Shown piece by piece: positions 1 to 13,742 of a DNA stretch of 64,000 nt (position 1 is the stretch's first letter; every line of letters starts with the position of its first letter). A model generated the notes under the pieces. That model was not told the DNA's origin. It saw only the letters and a list, made by a program, of their open reading frames with translations, and did not search any database. The translations under genes and the position numbers were made by a program. The stretch covers positions 86,056,001 to 86,120,000 of the forward strand of contig NC_092349.1 of NCBI RefSeq assembly GCF_963676685.1, written 5' to 3'. The DNA is from Mytilus edulis. Lineage: Eukaryota.

Positions 1-594
1 CTGACAGCATGTTATTTATCAATCTAAGTCAAGTTCAAGACCTGACAGCATGTTATTTATCAATCTAAGTCAAGTTCTAGACCTGACAGCATGTTATTTA
101 TCAATCTAAGTCAAGTTCTAGACCTGACAGCATGTTATTTATCAATCTAAGTCAAGTTCTAGACCTGACAGCATGTTATTTATCAATCTAAGTCAAGTTC
201 TAGACCTGACAGCATGTTATTTTTCAATCTAAGTCAAGTTCAAGACCTGACAGCATGTTATTTATCAATCTAAGTCAAGTTCAAGACCTGACAGCATGTT
301 ATTTATCAATCTAAGTCAAGTTCAAGACCTGACAGCATGTTATTTATCAATCTAAGTCAAGTTCAAGACCTGACAGCATGTTATTTATCAATCTAAGTCA
401 AGTTCAAGACCTGACAGCATGTTATTTATCAATCTAAGTCAAGTTCAAGACCTGACAGCATGTTATTTATCAATCTAAGTCAAGTTCAAGACCTGACAGC
501 ATGTTATTTATCAATCTAAGTCAAGTTTAAGACCTTACAGCATGTTATTTATCAATCTAAGTCAAGTTCAAGACCTTACAGCATGTTACTGATC
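1..594. repeat. Minisatellite, 41-bp unit, at least 14 copies (truncated by the window start)
   Basis: CTGACAGCATGTTATTTATCAATCTAAGTCAAGTTC(A/T)AGAC head to tail. Confidence 0.97.
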
Positions 595-917
595 AAAATA
601 CATGTACTTGGAAAACACAATCAGCTTCCGAATGCCTATTACAAGTGAATATAAAGCATTTGGGACAATATCCCTAATGCTCCTCAAAAGTCACGTGTAA
701 ACAAAAAGTCTCTGTGTAGTGATATTTGACACATTTCTATGATAAACAAATGACTGAGCTGAACCATTTGTGTTAATTTAGAACGTAGGGGAGCACAGAA
801 CAAATGTGTAAAAACTATGGAGCTATTAAATGTGTTCAAAGTATTAAATTTTCAAAGAACTTATTGTGTTAAAAATGGGATTTTTTACCACGAGGAGCCG
901 CATCACTTGCGGTTTGC

Positions 918-1484
918 TAAGGAGTAGGGGCAAGGCCTGGTTTTGGCCCAAGAAAATAAAATCTTTGACTATTTCAAATTTGCACATATTGTTGGGAAAG
1001 CAAAGAGGTAGGAAATATCAACAAAAAATATATATGTTTATATGATGACGTCACAATTACGTCATAGTAGTTACTGTTTTATGAAAACGATGAAAAATGC
1101 AGAATTTATGCAGTTTTCCTTCTATATTTTGTTTGCTGAAACATCGTGTGTAGACAAGAAACAACAAAATAAGAGAAGCGTTATTATAACTATTGATATA
1201 ATCTCACCAAATATAAAGTTGTTTCTTGTGTGCACACATACTTTGCCAATCTAAAATATACTTAGAATTTGATGAAAAACAAGGAAAATCAAGAAATTTT
1301 ACAAAATATACAGATTTCGTCATTGTTTGTTGCCATGGTAACTTGTTAAACATGATTTTTTTTATTATTTTCTGAATACCTTATAACTAAGTCTATTTAT
1401 GACAAATTTTATAATATGTTTGAAGATTTTAAATTTGCAGTAATAGTTGGGATAAAACCAGGCCTTAATGCCCCTACTCCTTTA
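918..1484. mobile_element. MITE with ~35-bp TIRs (Kolobok-like termini)
   Basis: AAGGAGTAGGGGCAAGGCCTGGTTTT ... AAAACCAGGCCTTAATGCCCCTACTCCTT. Confidence 0.75.
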
Positions 1485-2426
1485 CGGAAAAAGTAATCTC
1501 ACTTCGTACCCAAAAATTTAACCACATATGTGAAAATGTCTCAGCTTCGAAATGAGCCATCACACATATCCAAGATAACGATATGGACTGAGCAACAAAA
1601 GAAAACGTTACCATTACCGCCTATGGAGAAACTAATATGCATTATATTGTTACCCATATATGAAAAGCAAAAACGAATTATTTACTCACTAGGCTGAAAT
1701 TGTTATGAAATTGAATATAATTGATCCATAACGAAAGACTGTATACGAGTAGCAATAATATAGTTTCAAGATTTCTGATTTGCAAGTGACCGATAAAATT
1801 TGACAAAAATATTCAAATAACTGTTCTCAGGCTTATAATTTTTTTTATTTTGGCCACTTGAAAACTTATTATGTCTAAACTGTGACCTTTATGTACTGAA
1901 TAATAAACAATATCCGAAAAAAATCCTCATATGGTTATACAGTCAATTATAATAAAACTAAAACTATATGAATGAATTCTACATTCATGAGAAAATTAGT
2001 TTTACGCACAATTTATATGTTTTAAACTTAACAGAAACATGATTCACATTCCAAAGACTTCCCCAGTTACTGTTAATCGGGAACAAATTATAATGATAAT
2101 TTAATAAGTGTTATTCCATAATCATAAAACACAATAAACTCTATCATTATATAATGAAAATTTGGGATAAATAAGCCATAATATCGTATAATGGAAATTT
2201 CATGAAGATTAATTATTACATCATAGTTATATCATAAAATATTGAAAGTGATGTAACTGTTGTTTTGTAATGAAGTGTATAGGGGCATTACGTAATACGT
2301 AAAAAACATGATATCCTCATTTGATAATATCTTCACTTGTTCAGTGGCTGACTTTCAATGCTTAGAGAGGACTTTATTATCTTAGGGTAGTTCATATAGA
2401 GATCACTAGTCTGTCAATACTGACAG

Positions 2427-2563
2427 CAGTGGATCCAGGTCTTGGGATTGGAACCCCCCTTTTTTTGACGGTCAATGCATTTGAATGGAGACATATGGTT
2501 GGAACCCCTCCTTTATCCTGGGTTGGGAACCCCTCCTTGTGAAAATGGCTGGATCTGCCGCTG
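2427..2563. repeat. Short GTGGATCCAG...GGCTGGATC family (further copies at about 5740-5841, 20353-20497, 27730-27875 and 29250-29396)
   Basis: Shared CAATGCATTTGAATGG or AATCACTGAAGCATGA cores and inverted GGATCC ends. Confidence 0.6.
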
Positions 2564-2682
2564 ACTGAGTTGTGAGTGTTATCCCTGTTGATAACAAGAT
2601 GTGTTCAATTCCAGCTATAATTGACTTAAATTAACAGTTGACCTCCAAAGGTTTGCAGTTCTCTATAGTTTAGGTTTTCTCT

Positions 2683-2915
2683 AATAGTAAACATAGGTGA
2701 CAATGTAGTCTACTATCATCAAATAGTAAACATTGGTGACAATGTAGTCAACTATCATCAAATAGTAAACATTGGTGACAATGTAGTCAACTATCATCAA
2801 ATAGTAAACATTGGTGACAATGTAGTCAACTATCATCAAATAGTAAACATTGGTGACAATGTAGTCAACTATCATCTAATAGTAAACATTGGTGACAATG
2901 TAGTCAACTATCATC
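2683..2915. repeat. Minisatellite, 39-bp unit, 6 copies
   Basis: AATAGTAAACATTGGTGACAATGTAGTCAACTATCATCA. Confidence 0.96.
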
Positions 2916-3287
2916 GGCATTAAACACTAACAATCTACCCAATGTTCATAAAACACAAATTGGACTTTAAATTTTAAATACACTTGAACGAATAAAGTTG
3001 TCAATTGAACCAGGAACTATGTCCACTTGACCATCTTATACTATTCCGAATGCTTAAAGATAGCTAATGCACTAAACATTACCAGTCAGACCATCCAATT
3101 TCTATCCTCAAAAAAAGTTTCTGCACTAAACACTTCCTACCAGACCCTTAAATCCCCATCTTAAAAGAGTTGTGCACTAAACACACCCAAAGGACCATGA
3201 TCTGAAATAGACTGATCCCTATCATCAAAAAAGATTGGTGCAGTAACAATTTCAACCAGACCACTTTAAAATCCCTCTCCTAAAAAA

Positions 3288-4392
3288 ACTAGAGGCTGTT
3301 AAGAGCCTGCGTCGCTCACCTTGGTCTATGTGCACATTAAACAAAAAATACAGATGGATTCATGACAAAATTGTGTTTTGGTGATGGTGATGTGTTTGAA
3401 GTTCTTACTTTACTGAACATTCTTGTAACTTACAATTATCTCTATCTATAATAAACTTGGCCCATTAGTAACACAGGAAAATATTTTGTAAAAATTTACA
3501 AAAAATGTCACAAATTTATGAAAATTGTTAAAAATTGACTATAAAGGGCAATAACTCCTTAAAGGGTATAAACTTAAAATTTTAATCATGTTGACTTATT
3601 TGTAGATCTTACTTTGCTGAACATTATTGTTGTTTACAGTTTATCTCTATCTATGAAAATATTCAAGATAATAGCCAAAAACAGTAAAATTTCCTTAAAA
3701 ATTACCAATTCAGGGGCAGCAATCCAACAACCAGTTGTCTGATTTGTCTGAAAATTTAAGAGCAGATAGAGTCAGAATTGCTCTAAATGCTTTGGTTTAA
3801 GAGTTTTAAGCCAAAATCTACATTTTACCCCTATGTTCTATTTTTAGCCATGGCGGCCTATTTGGTTGCTTGGCCGGGTCATCCCACACATTTTTTTAAA
3901 CTACATACCCCAATGATGATAGTAGCCAAGTTTGGTTAAACTTGGCCTGGTTAAACTTGGCCCTGTAGTTTCAGAGGAGAAAATTTTTGTAAAAGATTAC
4001 AAAAATTTACAAAAAATTGGTCAAAAATGACTATAAAGGGCAATAACTCCTTAAGGGGTCAACTGACCATTTTGGTCATGGTAACTTATTTGTAGTTCTT
4101 ACTTTGCTGAACATTATTGCTGTGCACAGTTTATCTCTGTCTATAATAATATTCAAGATAATAACCAAAAACAGCAAAATTTCCTTTTCAGGGTCAGCAA
4201 CCCAACAACCCGTTGAACATGATCTTGGTTGATTGGCCGGGTCACACCACACATTTTTTAAAAACTAGATACCCCAATGATGATTGTGGCCAAGTTTGAA
4301 TTAGTTCAATTTGGCCCAGTAGATTTTGTAAAAGTCAATGACGACAGACACCGGACAATGCCGGACGCCAAGTGATGAGAAAAGCTCACTTA
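3288..4392 (+). mobile_element. Interspersed repeat with Helentron-associated (HINE/DINE-1-like) architecture, copy 1
   Basis: Homologous to 35885-37178: start ACTAGAGGCT..AGAGCCTG.GTCGCTCACC hairpin, internal tandem duplications, GACG/GAC microsatellite, end GTGATGAGAAAAGCTCAC. Confidence 0.7.
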
Positions 4393-5849
4393 GCACTAAA
4401 TACTGTGAACCAGACCATCATATCCTTTCCTCAAAAAGGTTTGTGTACAAACACTTCCAAGGTGACCATTCAATCCCTTTTCTCAAAACTTAAAGTATAT
4501 TATAATATACCATCCATGAGTAACCAAAATATTAACTTCCACATTAGACTCCAAAGTGGGAGATTCGATTAAATACCCTCCATAATCCCTTGCCTTCGTA
4601 ACAAATGACTACACCATACAGGTTCAAACAAACAATTAACTCCCTGACCTACAAAATATGGGATACTAAACATTGTTTATTAGACATGCCACTAAGTTGT
4701 TATCGCCAGTAAATGTTGGTTGCTTTCACTATAAACCAAACAATTCAGTTGATCTTCTTCATGATCAAAACAACCAGAAAAGTCAACAATGTCTGCTCTC
4801 GTATAATGACTGAAAATTGAAAATGTCTTTAGGATCATCCACTCATTCCTTGATGGTTAAATAGCAGTAAACACTTATCGATAGATGGATAGAATTCAGG
4901 ACTACATGCCTCAATTAACCTGACTGACAGAGTACTATCTGATACAGATGGACATATAATATGCAGGGGAAATACATCAATGGAAAATACAATAAATTTC
5001 CTTGTACTGATTTACTCCAAGGAAGTGAGATTGCAATGCAGTCAAATAACTGTATCTTTAAATGGATTAATTCCCCTGGGATGATTGGAATGTAATATTA
5101 TGTCATTTGATGTTCTTTCTATTGTTATATTGGTTAAAGTACCAACAAGTTATGTTTGTTGTCTTCACAGAGAGACAAAATAGCATTGACCTATAAAAAT
5201 ATTCACAATAGACGATCTATAATCAACGAAGTAATCTATTTATCATCTGGTCTTGTCTTTCAGGAATAAGACAGAATATGAATACAAGATTGATGTTGAT
5301 ATTCCACCAAATTATAGGCACAAAAGATGTATATGCAATTGATTAAAAGATACATCTCCATACCATATCATTTACATTTCATTTGAATGCAATTCAGTCA
5401 GAAGAGTTTATAAATGGTTCCTATCATAATTAAACATGGATAATAATTATACATGTAACGTGAAGGTACCCTAATTGCACCGAGTACCCAAATTGCACCT
5501 ATTTAGTAAAAATAGCAAGATTTCCTAGAGACTAAACAATTTGTATTTTAATGATTTGATACTATGCACGTCTTTCAACAAAAGTAAAAATATTTAGATA
5601 TACACAAATTTAAAACATTCACAGTATTTATCAACAGATTGACTGTTTACTGAAAAAGCAAAATGTACGGAAACGTCGTCATGCTCATCATCAAAATGTC
5701 ACCTTTTAAAATAAGCAAATACAATATGTTACAAGTATGGGGGGGGAGTTGGCATCCCTCCTTTTTTATGGCCCATCAATGCATTTGAATGGGGACATAT
5801 AGCTGGAACCCCCCTTTTTAAAATGGCTGGATCGGGCCCTGTTATAGTT

Positions 5850-7584
5850 GGCTTTGAACTACTACTTTCAGTAACTGTCAGTACTCTTATTGAACTACTA
5901 CTTTCAGTAACTGTCAGTACTCTTATTGAACTACTACTTTCAGTAACTGTCAGTACTCTTATTGAACTACTACTTTCAGTAACTGTCAGTACTCTTATTG
6001 AACTTCTACTTTCAGTAGCTGTCAGTACTCTTATTGAACTTCTACTTTCAGTAACTGTCAGTACTCTTATTTTTGGTTGGCTTTGAACTTCTACTTTCAG
6101 TAACTGTCAGTACTCTTATTTTGGTTGGCTTTGAACTACTACTTTCAGTAACTGTCAGTACTCTTATTTTGGTGCTTTGAACTACTAGTTTCAGTAACTG
6201 TCAGTACTCTTATTTTGGTTGGCTTTGAACTACTACTTTCAGTAACTGTCAGTACTCTTATTTTGGTGCTTTGAACTACTAGTTTCAGTAACTGTCAGTA
6301 CTCTTATTTTGGTGCTTTGAACTACTAGTTTCAGTAACTGTCAGCAGGGCCGTAACTAGGGTTCGAATTCAGGGGAGGCAGGGGTTTGAGGGCCGCCGAT
6401 TGAGCCCCCTTTGATTTTTTTTTCTCTCAGTCATTGGCTAAACATTACCCGTTTCCCTTCGATTTCCTTACTTTAAGAAACACCAGTATTGCTTGAACCT
6501 GGAAGCAACTTTTATGCAAAAACAAGCTGAGATTGCTGTTCGGGGTGAGCCAAAGCTAGTTCCGTCTTGAAAGCTGTACTTTGACCTATAATTGTTAACA
6601 TTAGATACATTGTGATCGTGGATTTTTTTCTCAAATGATATGGCTAAAATTACCCGTTTTCCTTCGATTTCCTTACTTTAAGAAAGATCAGTTTTGGCTT
6701 GCTGGATCCTTGGAGCAATTTTCATTCAAACAAATATTATCTGTATTTTCTGTATTTAAAAATATTTTTTTTTAGAAACTGGTAAGTTCAAAAAACATAT
6801 AAAGCAAGATTATAAAATGCAAGATATTTTTTTTTATCGAGGATCTTGAATTTCAATATTGTTGAAAGCTGAACAGACATGTATATAACTACAACCAGGG
6901 ACTTTCTATGCTAGTCTAGTATATACTTAGTATAGAAAGACCCTGCTACAACAAATGGGAGTGTTTACCTACTAAGGCATTGACCGTAATGTTCTAGTAC
7001 GATCGGGAAACTTAAAAAAAACGATCCAACAGCCAGTAACGAATTTCCAATATCTTATAAGATTCACAACACAAAAGGAACTTCCTCTGCTTAAATAATT
7101 GAGCCCCAAATAAATGTGAAAAGTTAAGTTTTTATTCAAAATTATCGAAAGCAAAGTTTCATATGTGTTCTCATACGAATCTGACCCCCTCAATACTGAA
7201 AAACAGACGGCGGTCACCCTGAATGAAAAAAAATAAAACAAATACTGAAAAGGTTTACTTTCGATCGAAAATCCGAAAAATGACAGACATATCACATATC
7301 ATGATAACACTGTTAAAACTGTTAACTGGAATTGTTTATAATATAAATTCAAGTTCTTCGTGTACATATTGTCAATGTTTTATTTTTTTACTTCAAAAAA
7401 AATTGTGTGTAGAAAATTCAGGGGAGGCAGTTGCCTCCCCTGCCTCATAGGTAGTTACGGCCCTGGTCAGTACTCTTATTTTGGTTGGCTTTGAACTACT
7501 ACTTTCAGTAACTGTCAGTACTCTTATTTTGGTGCTTTGAACTACTAGTTTCAGTAACTGTCAGTACTCCTATTTTGGTGCTTT
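5850..7584. repeat. Minisatellite (39-bp unit grading into ~48-52-bp variants), split by the hAT insertion
   Basis: TTGAACTACTACTTTCAGTAACTGTCAGTACTCTTAT units at 5850-6344 and 7466-7584. Confidence 0.93.
6345..7465. mobile_element. Non-autonomous hAT-like (hAT5-type) DNA transposon
   Basis: 14-bp TIR CAGGGCCGTAACTA / TAGTTACGGCCCTG; 5-bp TSD GTCAG (6340-6344 and 7466-7470); splits a minisatellite. Confidence 0.88.
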
Positions 7585-9490
7585 GTTTCTAATGCTTTAT
7601 GTTTTTGTGCCTTGTACCTATCTTTTGAGTTAAACCAACTGTTAATGATTTTAACATTTTGTTCTTAGGTTGAGCTGTTAAAGTGGTAAGTTTGAGCGCT
7701 TACAAATATGTTTAACCTAGTCACATTTTGTATATACCTGTCCAAGTCTGTCGGGAACCAGCAACTCAGTGGTTGTTTTTGGTTTCTTTTCTTTCTTTTT
7801 TTTTAAAAATAGGCCCATTAGTTCTCGTTTGAATTAATTTGTTTTATAGTTTTCATGTAGGGCTCTTTCACAGTAGACTATTAGTATGGGTATTTTCTCA
7901 TTGGTGAAAGCCATTTGTTTGTGGTCAATTGCTTACATTGACTGCATTAAGTTGCACTTTGTAAATACAGCTGTTTCACAAACCACGCGTGTACACCTCT
8001 TTTGGGGAGATATATAACATTCATAGAAATTTTGTTTTGTTTACATACTGGTTTGCAATATATGATCTCTTTGTTGCAACTCAAAGAGACAATAAACTTG
8101 AGAATATTACATGTATAAAAATACATGGTACCGGAGAAATTGAATTCTGAGGAAGACCCAAAATGAAGGGAGGGGTACTACAGAATTGTACTAGAAGTTT
8201 AAACTCTAAGAAGTTCAGGGCATATAATTGTTTAAAATATGCTGCAAAGCACTGTTCAATGACCTTAGGCTTTGAATAAAATAATAGTGCATATCAACTG
8301 TACAATGTATATTCTAGGGTATATATTTTTTAATTTTTATTGTGAAAGTGACACAGTTATGGTCATTGTCTATATTTACAGTATTGTAACTGTAAGTTTA
8401 ACTCTGTTGGATATATGCTTTCATTGGCAATCGACCTCATCTCTTTATTTCTATAAAGAATACAAAAATGGCTTGAAAGTTGAAGGAATACCTTGATGAA
8501 GACTCCCAGTCTCACTATCTAGACCCTTATATTAAATGAAGGTTTCATCAATATGCAATCCTATTATTAGCAGTCATATTGAACAAATCCAATTAAAAAC
8601 TTATGCCAACATTGATTTAATACTATCAAATGGCAGACATATAATTATGCTTAAAAAATTGACAGAAATAATATTTTCAGAAAAAGTTATTGCAGCACTG
8701 CAGCTGTAGCAAAGTATGACTTGAGAATCAGAAAATTAATTCAAGGAAGTTGAATATGTTTAACATTTGGAATAAATATATATGTTACAAGCTTTATTTT
8801 ACTATAAAAATCCTAAATCAATTCACTCAATAATATTTTTAAATATAATGTTGTGAATGTGCCTTTCAATGTTTTTTAGAGCTATAATCCTGAAGGAGCT
8901 ATTGTCAGAAAAGTGCATCAAACACACCAACATTTTCATTTAATTTTTAAGAAATACTGAATACTACTAAATTCCAATGCACAGTGCTGTTGGTATCATA
9001 AACAAGACACAGCATATCAATCTTATTTCTGATGAAAAGTTAATTTGAAAATGAATTCATAAAAATCAATATGTTACAAATGAGATAAGAGTTAATCAGA
9101 GAATAGAATATAAAAGTACATGTGTACCTCAAACCACCTATTTGTTCAAAACTCAATCAATGGGTTGCATCATTATAGAATACACAATTATTAAAAGTTT
9201 AAATTTAACAGGTTTGCCTTTCTGGAGAATGACAATCTGCATGCAACTTATGTCAAACAAGAATTTGTGTTCATCAGTAAAATAACTGTCCTTAGGCCTG
9301 CTTACACTAATTTTCTGTGATCAGTGAACTGTGAAATCTAGGTAAAAAATTGAGAAAAATTAGAAGTCCCTAACTCTGGGTGCAAGATTTTATCACTATG
9401 TTAAAAACCAATTGGTGGCCTTCAATGGGCTGCATTTTGATAATTGGCTGTGTTATTGTCTCTTTGGCACAATCTGTGTTTCCATTCTAT

Positions 9491-11284
9491 CCCCGGCGAG
9501 AAGAAATTCATGACTTCATGAACTATCATGAATGGTTCGTGAATGTTCATGAATGGTACATGAAAATTCATAAATAATTCATAAATGAAGGTTCATGAAT
9601 TTAATTCATGAACTGTTCATTAAAAGTATTTTATGAATGTTCATGAAGTTTTGATGAATCACTAGCTGCTCATAAAATTCATGAAATGTTCATTAAAAGT
9701 ATTTATGAATGGTCATGAAGTTTTGATGAATCACTAGGTGTAAAATTTATAACTTACATCACACAAAATAAATGAGTATCAAAGATACCGTTTCGACCTT
9801 TCAGAGTAGAACATTTTACCTAATTATTCGTGAAATATCATAAATGTATGGTGTTTTTATTTTTTTATTCCTGCAAAATAAAAAAATAAAATAAGATGAA
9901 ATAGAAGTTGTAGCTGTATTTTAAGATAGATATTATATACAAAACTAAAATTTTAAAAGGAAAACGTATATTTTAATGAAAGTGAAATACATTTTCAAAA
10001 CATTCTCAAACACCCATATTAAGGGGAAGTAACTCTTGTGATTTTAAATTTTTACAAACCGGCAAACCCCGCAAATCGGCTGTTTCCGTAGTCCAACGGT
10101 CGACCGATTTTGAGAAGTTCACTGAAATACCATAACAGGGACGAATCAACTTCGGGCCGATATTATATGGGACGAGATTGACACCTTGACTTAAACGCAC
10201 TTGCAAATATGACGTCATATGATTACGCTGGATAACAAAAATGGAGAATCCAAACGCAGATGTTTTCAGATAAGTATTTGATTTAACATATAATGATTAT
10301 GAAATACAATTTGTTGAGGCAATATAAAACATTTAGGATTTTAATCTGAGCAAAACATCAGAAAGTTTAGGCAGACAATAAATTAATGAAGAATGATAAA
10401 TTGATATATTGTTGTCACATTCATAACAGACATATCGTAATCTGACATGTAAATGGTACATGGGTATATATGATAATCTGATATGTAGAAATTAAATTGT
10501 GTGAATAATATTCATCGTAAATTAACTTGGTGAAACGTTAATAATAATTTAAGTCGCCAGTTTCATCTTCAAGGGTTAAAGAGGGGGGGGGGGGGGGGGG
10601 GGGGGGGTACTAAATTTGAGTTTAACTTAAACTTCCAATGCAATTTAAGATGCATAATGCTGTTTCTATTGAATGTATTGCTTCATACAATCATTACCTC
10701 TTGAACAATTGATTCTTTGTGGATATTTTTGTACTTTTAGGGGATTAAATATGAGCTGCCAGCAATGATATGAAACAGATTTTATGCAGACTCCATTTTA
10801 ATACCTTTATTCAGCAATTATTGTTGGAAATACAGAGACAGCAAGTTTTGAATTACAGAAAGGAAGAGAAGTTTATATATCACACATAATTTTTATATTA
10901 GTTAATCAGTTTGTGGATTTACCAGTGATAATTCCAGTGGAATCTACTGGAACAATTCATGAACAAGAAAGTTCATGAACATTTAAGTGTTCATGAACTT
11001 CAATGTTCATGAACAATTTATGAACAAAGTTCATGAACAATTCATGAACAAGAAAGGGTTCATGATCATTGTTGTTCATGAACATTTAAATGCTCATGAA
11101 CCTTTCTTGTTCATGAATTGTTCATGAACATTAAAGTTCATGAACATTACTGTCGATTTTCAGTTCATGAATTGCTCATCAAATGTTCATGAAGATATGA
11201 TGAACTGTTCATGAAATCTGTTCATGAACAGTTCATGAAATGTTCATGCATATTCATGAATTATTTATTATCATCTCACAGGGG
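9491..11284. mobile_element. Non-autonomous EnSpm/CACTA-like element with TTCATGAA subterminal arrays
   Basis: Left terminus CCCCGGCGAGAAGA versus reverse complement of right terminus CCCCTGTGAGATGA; 2-bp AT duplication; dense palindromic TTCATGAA repeats at 9505-9730 and 10955-11262; internal poly-G near 10583-10607. Confidence 0.72.
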
Positions 11285-11497
11285 ATCAACTATTAAGGTC
11301 ATGTATATTGATTTTCAGATTTTTGTCTGGTTTTGTGTGTTGTTGGATTGCTATATTGACCTTTCATTGACCTCCAGATATGTGTTTATCTTACGACAGC
11401 TTGCTGTGTCATTGAGGTTTAACCCAACTTCTCCTTTAATTTGTATGATGAGACCAGACAAGTAGTTAAGAGTATCAAATAAAAGAGGGAAGATGAT

Positions 11498-12149
11498 ACA
11501 GATAGATCAGTGATACCTGTGACTGAAACCATATGTCATATTTACATGTGTTATGCCCCTCCTATTCTACAGATAGATCAGTGATACCTGTGACTGAAAC
11601 CATATGTCATATTTACATGTGTTATGCCCCTCCTATTCTACAGATAGATCAGTGATACCTGTGACTGAAACCATATGTCATATTTACATGTGTTATGCCC
11701 CTCCTATTCTACAGATAGATCAGTGATACCTGTGACTGAAAGCATATGTCATATTTACATGTGTTATGCCCCTCCTATTCTACAGATAGATCAGTTATAC
11801 CTGTCACTGAAAGCATATGTCATATTTACATGTGTTATGCCCCTCCTATTCTACAGATAGATCAGTGATACCTGTGACTGAAAGCATATGTCCTATTTAC
11901 ATGTGTTATGCCCCTCCTATTCATTAACAGATAGATCAGTGATACCTGTGACTGAAAGCATATGTCCTATTTACATGTGTTATGCCCCTCCTATTCATTA
12001 ACAGATAGATCAGTGATACCTGTGACTGAAAGCATATGTTATATTTACATGTGGTATGCCCCTCCTATTCTACAGATAGATCAGTGATACCTGTGACTGA
12101 AACCATATGTCATATTTACATGTGTTATGCCCCTCCTATTCATTAACAG
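11498..12149. repeat. Minisatellite, 71-bp unit, about 9 copies
   Basis: ACAGATAGATCAGTGATACCTGTGACTGAAACCATATGTCATATTTACATGTGTTATGCCCCTCCTATTCT. Confidence 0.96.
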
Positions 12150-12963
12150 CTGTTTTACTATTCATTGATATGCAATACTTTCAATTTATTTACTTTGGTC
12201 AATAACCTGTTTTCATGAAATGATTAAAATCTATATTCTTATATCTTGCATTGATTTTATAACTATATATGTTAACTTGCAATGTACAATTAAAAAATTA
12301 TACCAGCTGAACTTTAAATAGAAAAAAATAATCATTTGTAATAGTTATATTGACTTTGTCTTCTACAAATTTTATAATTGGCTTTAAAACTGCATCTGTC
12401 CTGAATAATTCAATAAAAAAAATCAGAATGAAGAAATACTTTAATTTTCAAAAGCATATATATATATATTTTTTCATGCAATTCTTTTGTAACAGTTATG
12501 TAGAAAACACTTTTTATTGCCCTCCCAAATAAACAAATAAAGAGGATGAAACAAACATTTCTTTTTGTCTAAAAAATAAATGGTTTTGCCAGCCCACAAA
12601 TATTGCCCTATAATGATAAAACCACTGTATGACCTTGTGATATATGCATTTGTATTAAAAGAAGATTTGTATGACTAAAGCAGATCTTTGTAAGAAATAA
12701 GGTCATGGTTTTAATCAAATTACTAATCAGTAGGGAATGATACAATAACCACAAGTATGTGTTAATCACAGATTACATCTGAAGCTATACTGGAAGGCAA
12801 ATTTAATCAAAGTTATGTTAATTTACATCTTAAATGTGTCATTCTCAATACATGTACAATGCATTCCAAATAAGTATTTGTTTTACTCATTGTTGAAGGC
12901 TTTACCTATAGTTGTTAATTTCTATGTCATTGGTCTCTGGTGGAGGTATGCCTTACTGGCAAT

Positions 12964-13742
12964 GGGCAAAGGACGTTTGCGCTTTTTTACCTGTAAATCG
13001 ATAGGACATTTGCGCTTTAAATTTTGATTCACCTGTATTAAATAGTCCGGACATTTGCGCTTTTTACCTATATAGTCGTCTTCCTGTAATTTTAATCATT
13101 ACATAAATAAATTCAATTCATATTTGTCATTTAAGTTAGTTCACATTAACACAGTCTTATGCACGGAGTTTAAAGTTATAAAGACTAGTAATGGAAAAAA
13201 ATGTATGTCATGATGGATTTTTATATCGTTTTGATCAAACCCTCAAAAATGAGGACATTTCATGGAGATGTACCTTGAAAAATTGTAATGTAGTATTAAA
13301 ATGGACAATGGAACTACTTATAGTTTGAGTCAGAAAAATGAACATAATAAAACAAAATCGTGTTGGATTGAAATATGTAAGAAAGATGTTGGTGAGGATT
13401 CTTTGCATCCTAAGAACTTACAGCCTGTATCAAAGGTTATGTACAGAATAAGAAGAAAATCCCTATGTCCAGAGAAGATGTTCACACTCTCTTTGAAGGT
13501 TATTCCTTACAGACCTGAAAATCCTCAAAAAATCTCTGCCAGGTCAAATCTACCGGTCTCAAATACGGATAACACAGGAGGAAGTCTTAAACACCAAATA
13601 TTGCAAAAGCGTAAATGTCCTATGTAAAAAGCGCAAATGTCCTTTTTTTTTTAAATATTACAAATGTCCTGTAATATGAAGCGCAAGTGTCCAAAATAAA
13701 AAGCGCAAATGTCCTATGAAAAAGTGCAAACGTCCTGCGCCG
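12964..13742. mobile_element. Non-autonomous TIR transposon with 8-bp TSD
   Basis: Imperfect TIRs (GGGCAAAGGACGTTTGCGCTTTTT versus CGGCGCAGGACGTTTGCACTTTTT), subterminal GGACATTTGCGCTTT repeats at both ends, TSD CTGGCAAT (12956-12963 and 13743-13750). Confidence 0.85.

Noticed and set aside
661-680. YCP-encoding hits (also near 13791) as the missing MTO1 exon 8
   Set aside because: They read YCPK and YCPM rather than YCPSIE and lack a correctly placed acceptor.
5823-6086. Repetitive ORFs (5823-6086 +, 2681-2875 -, 11675-11860 +)
   Set aside because: They are translations of minisatellites with no independent coding evidence.
13301-13627. 108-aa ORF inside the 8-bp-TSD element as a transposase
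   Set aside because: It has no recognisable DDE or DNA-binding motif; it may be a decayed fragment but I cannot support that.
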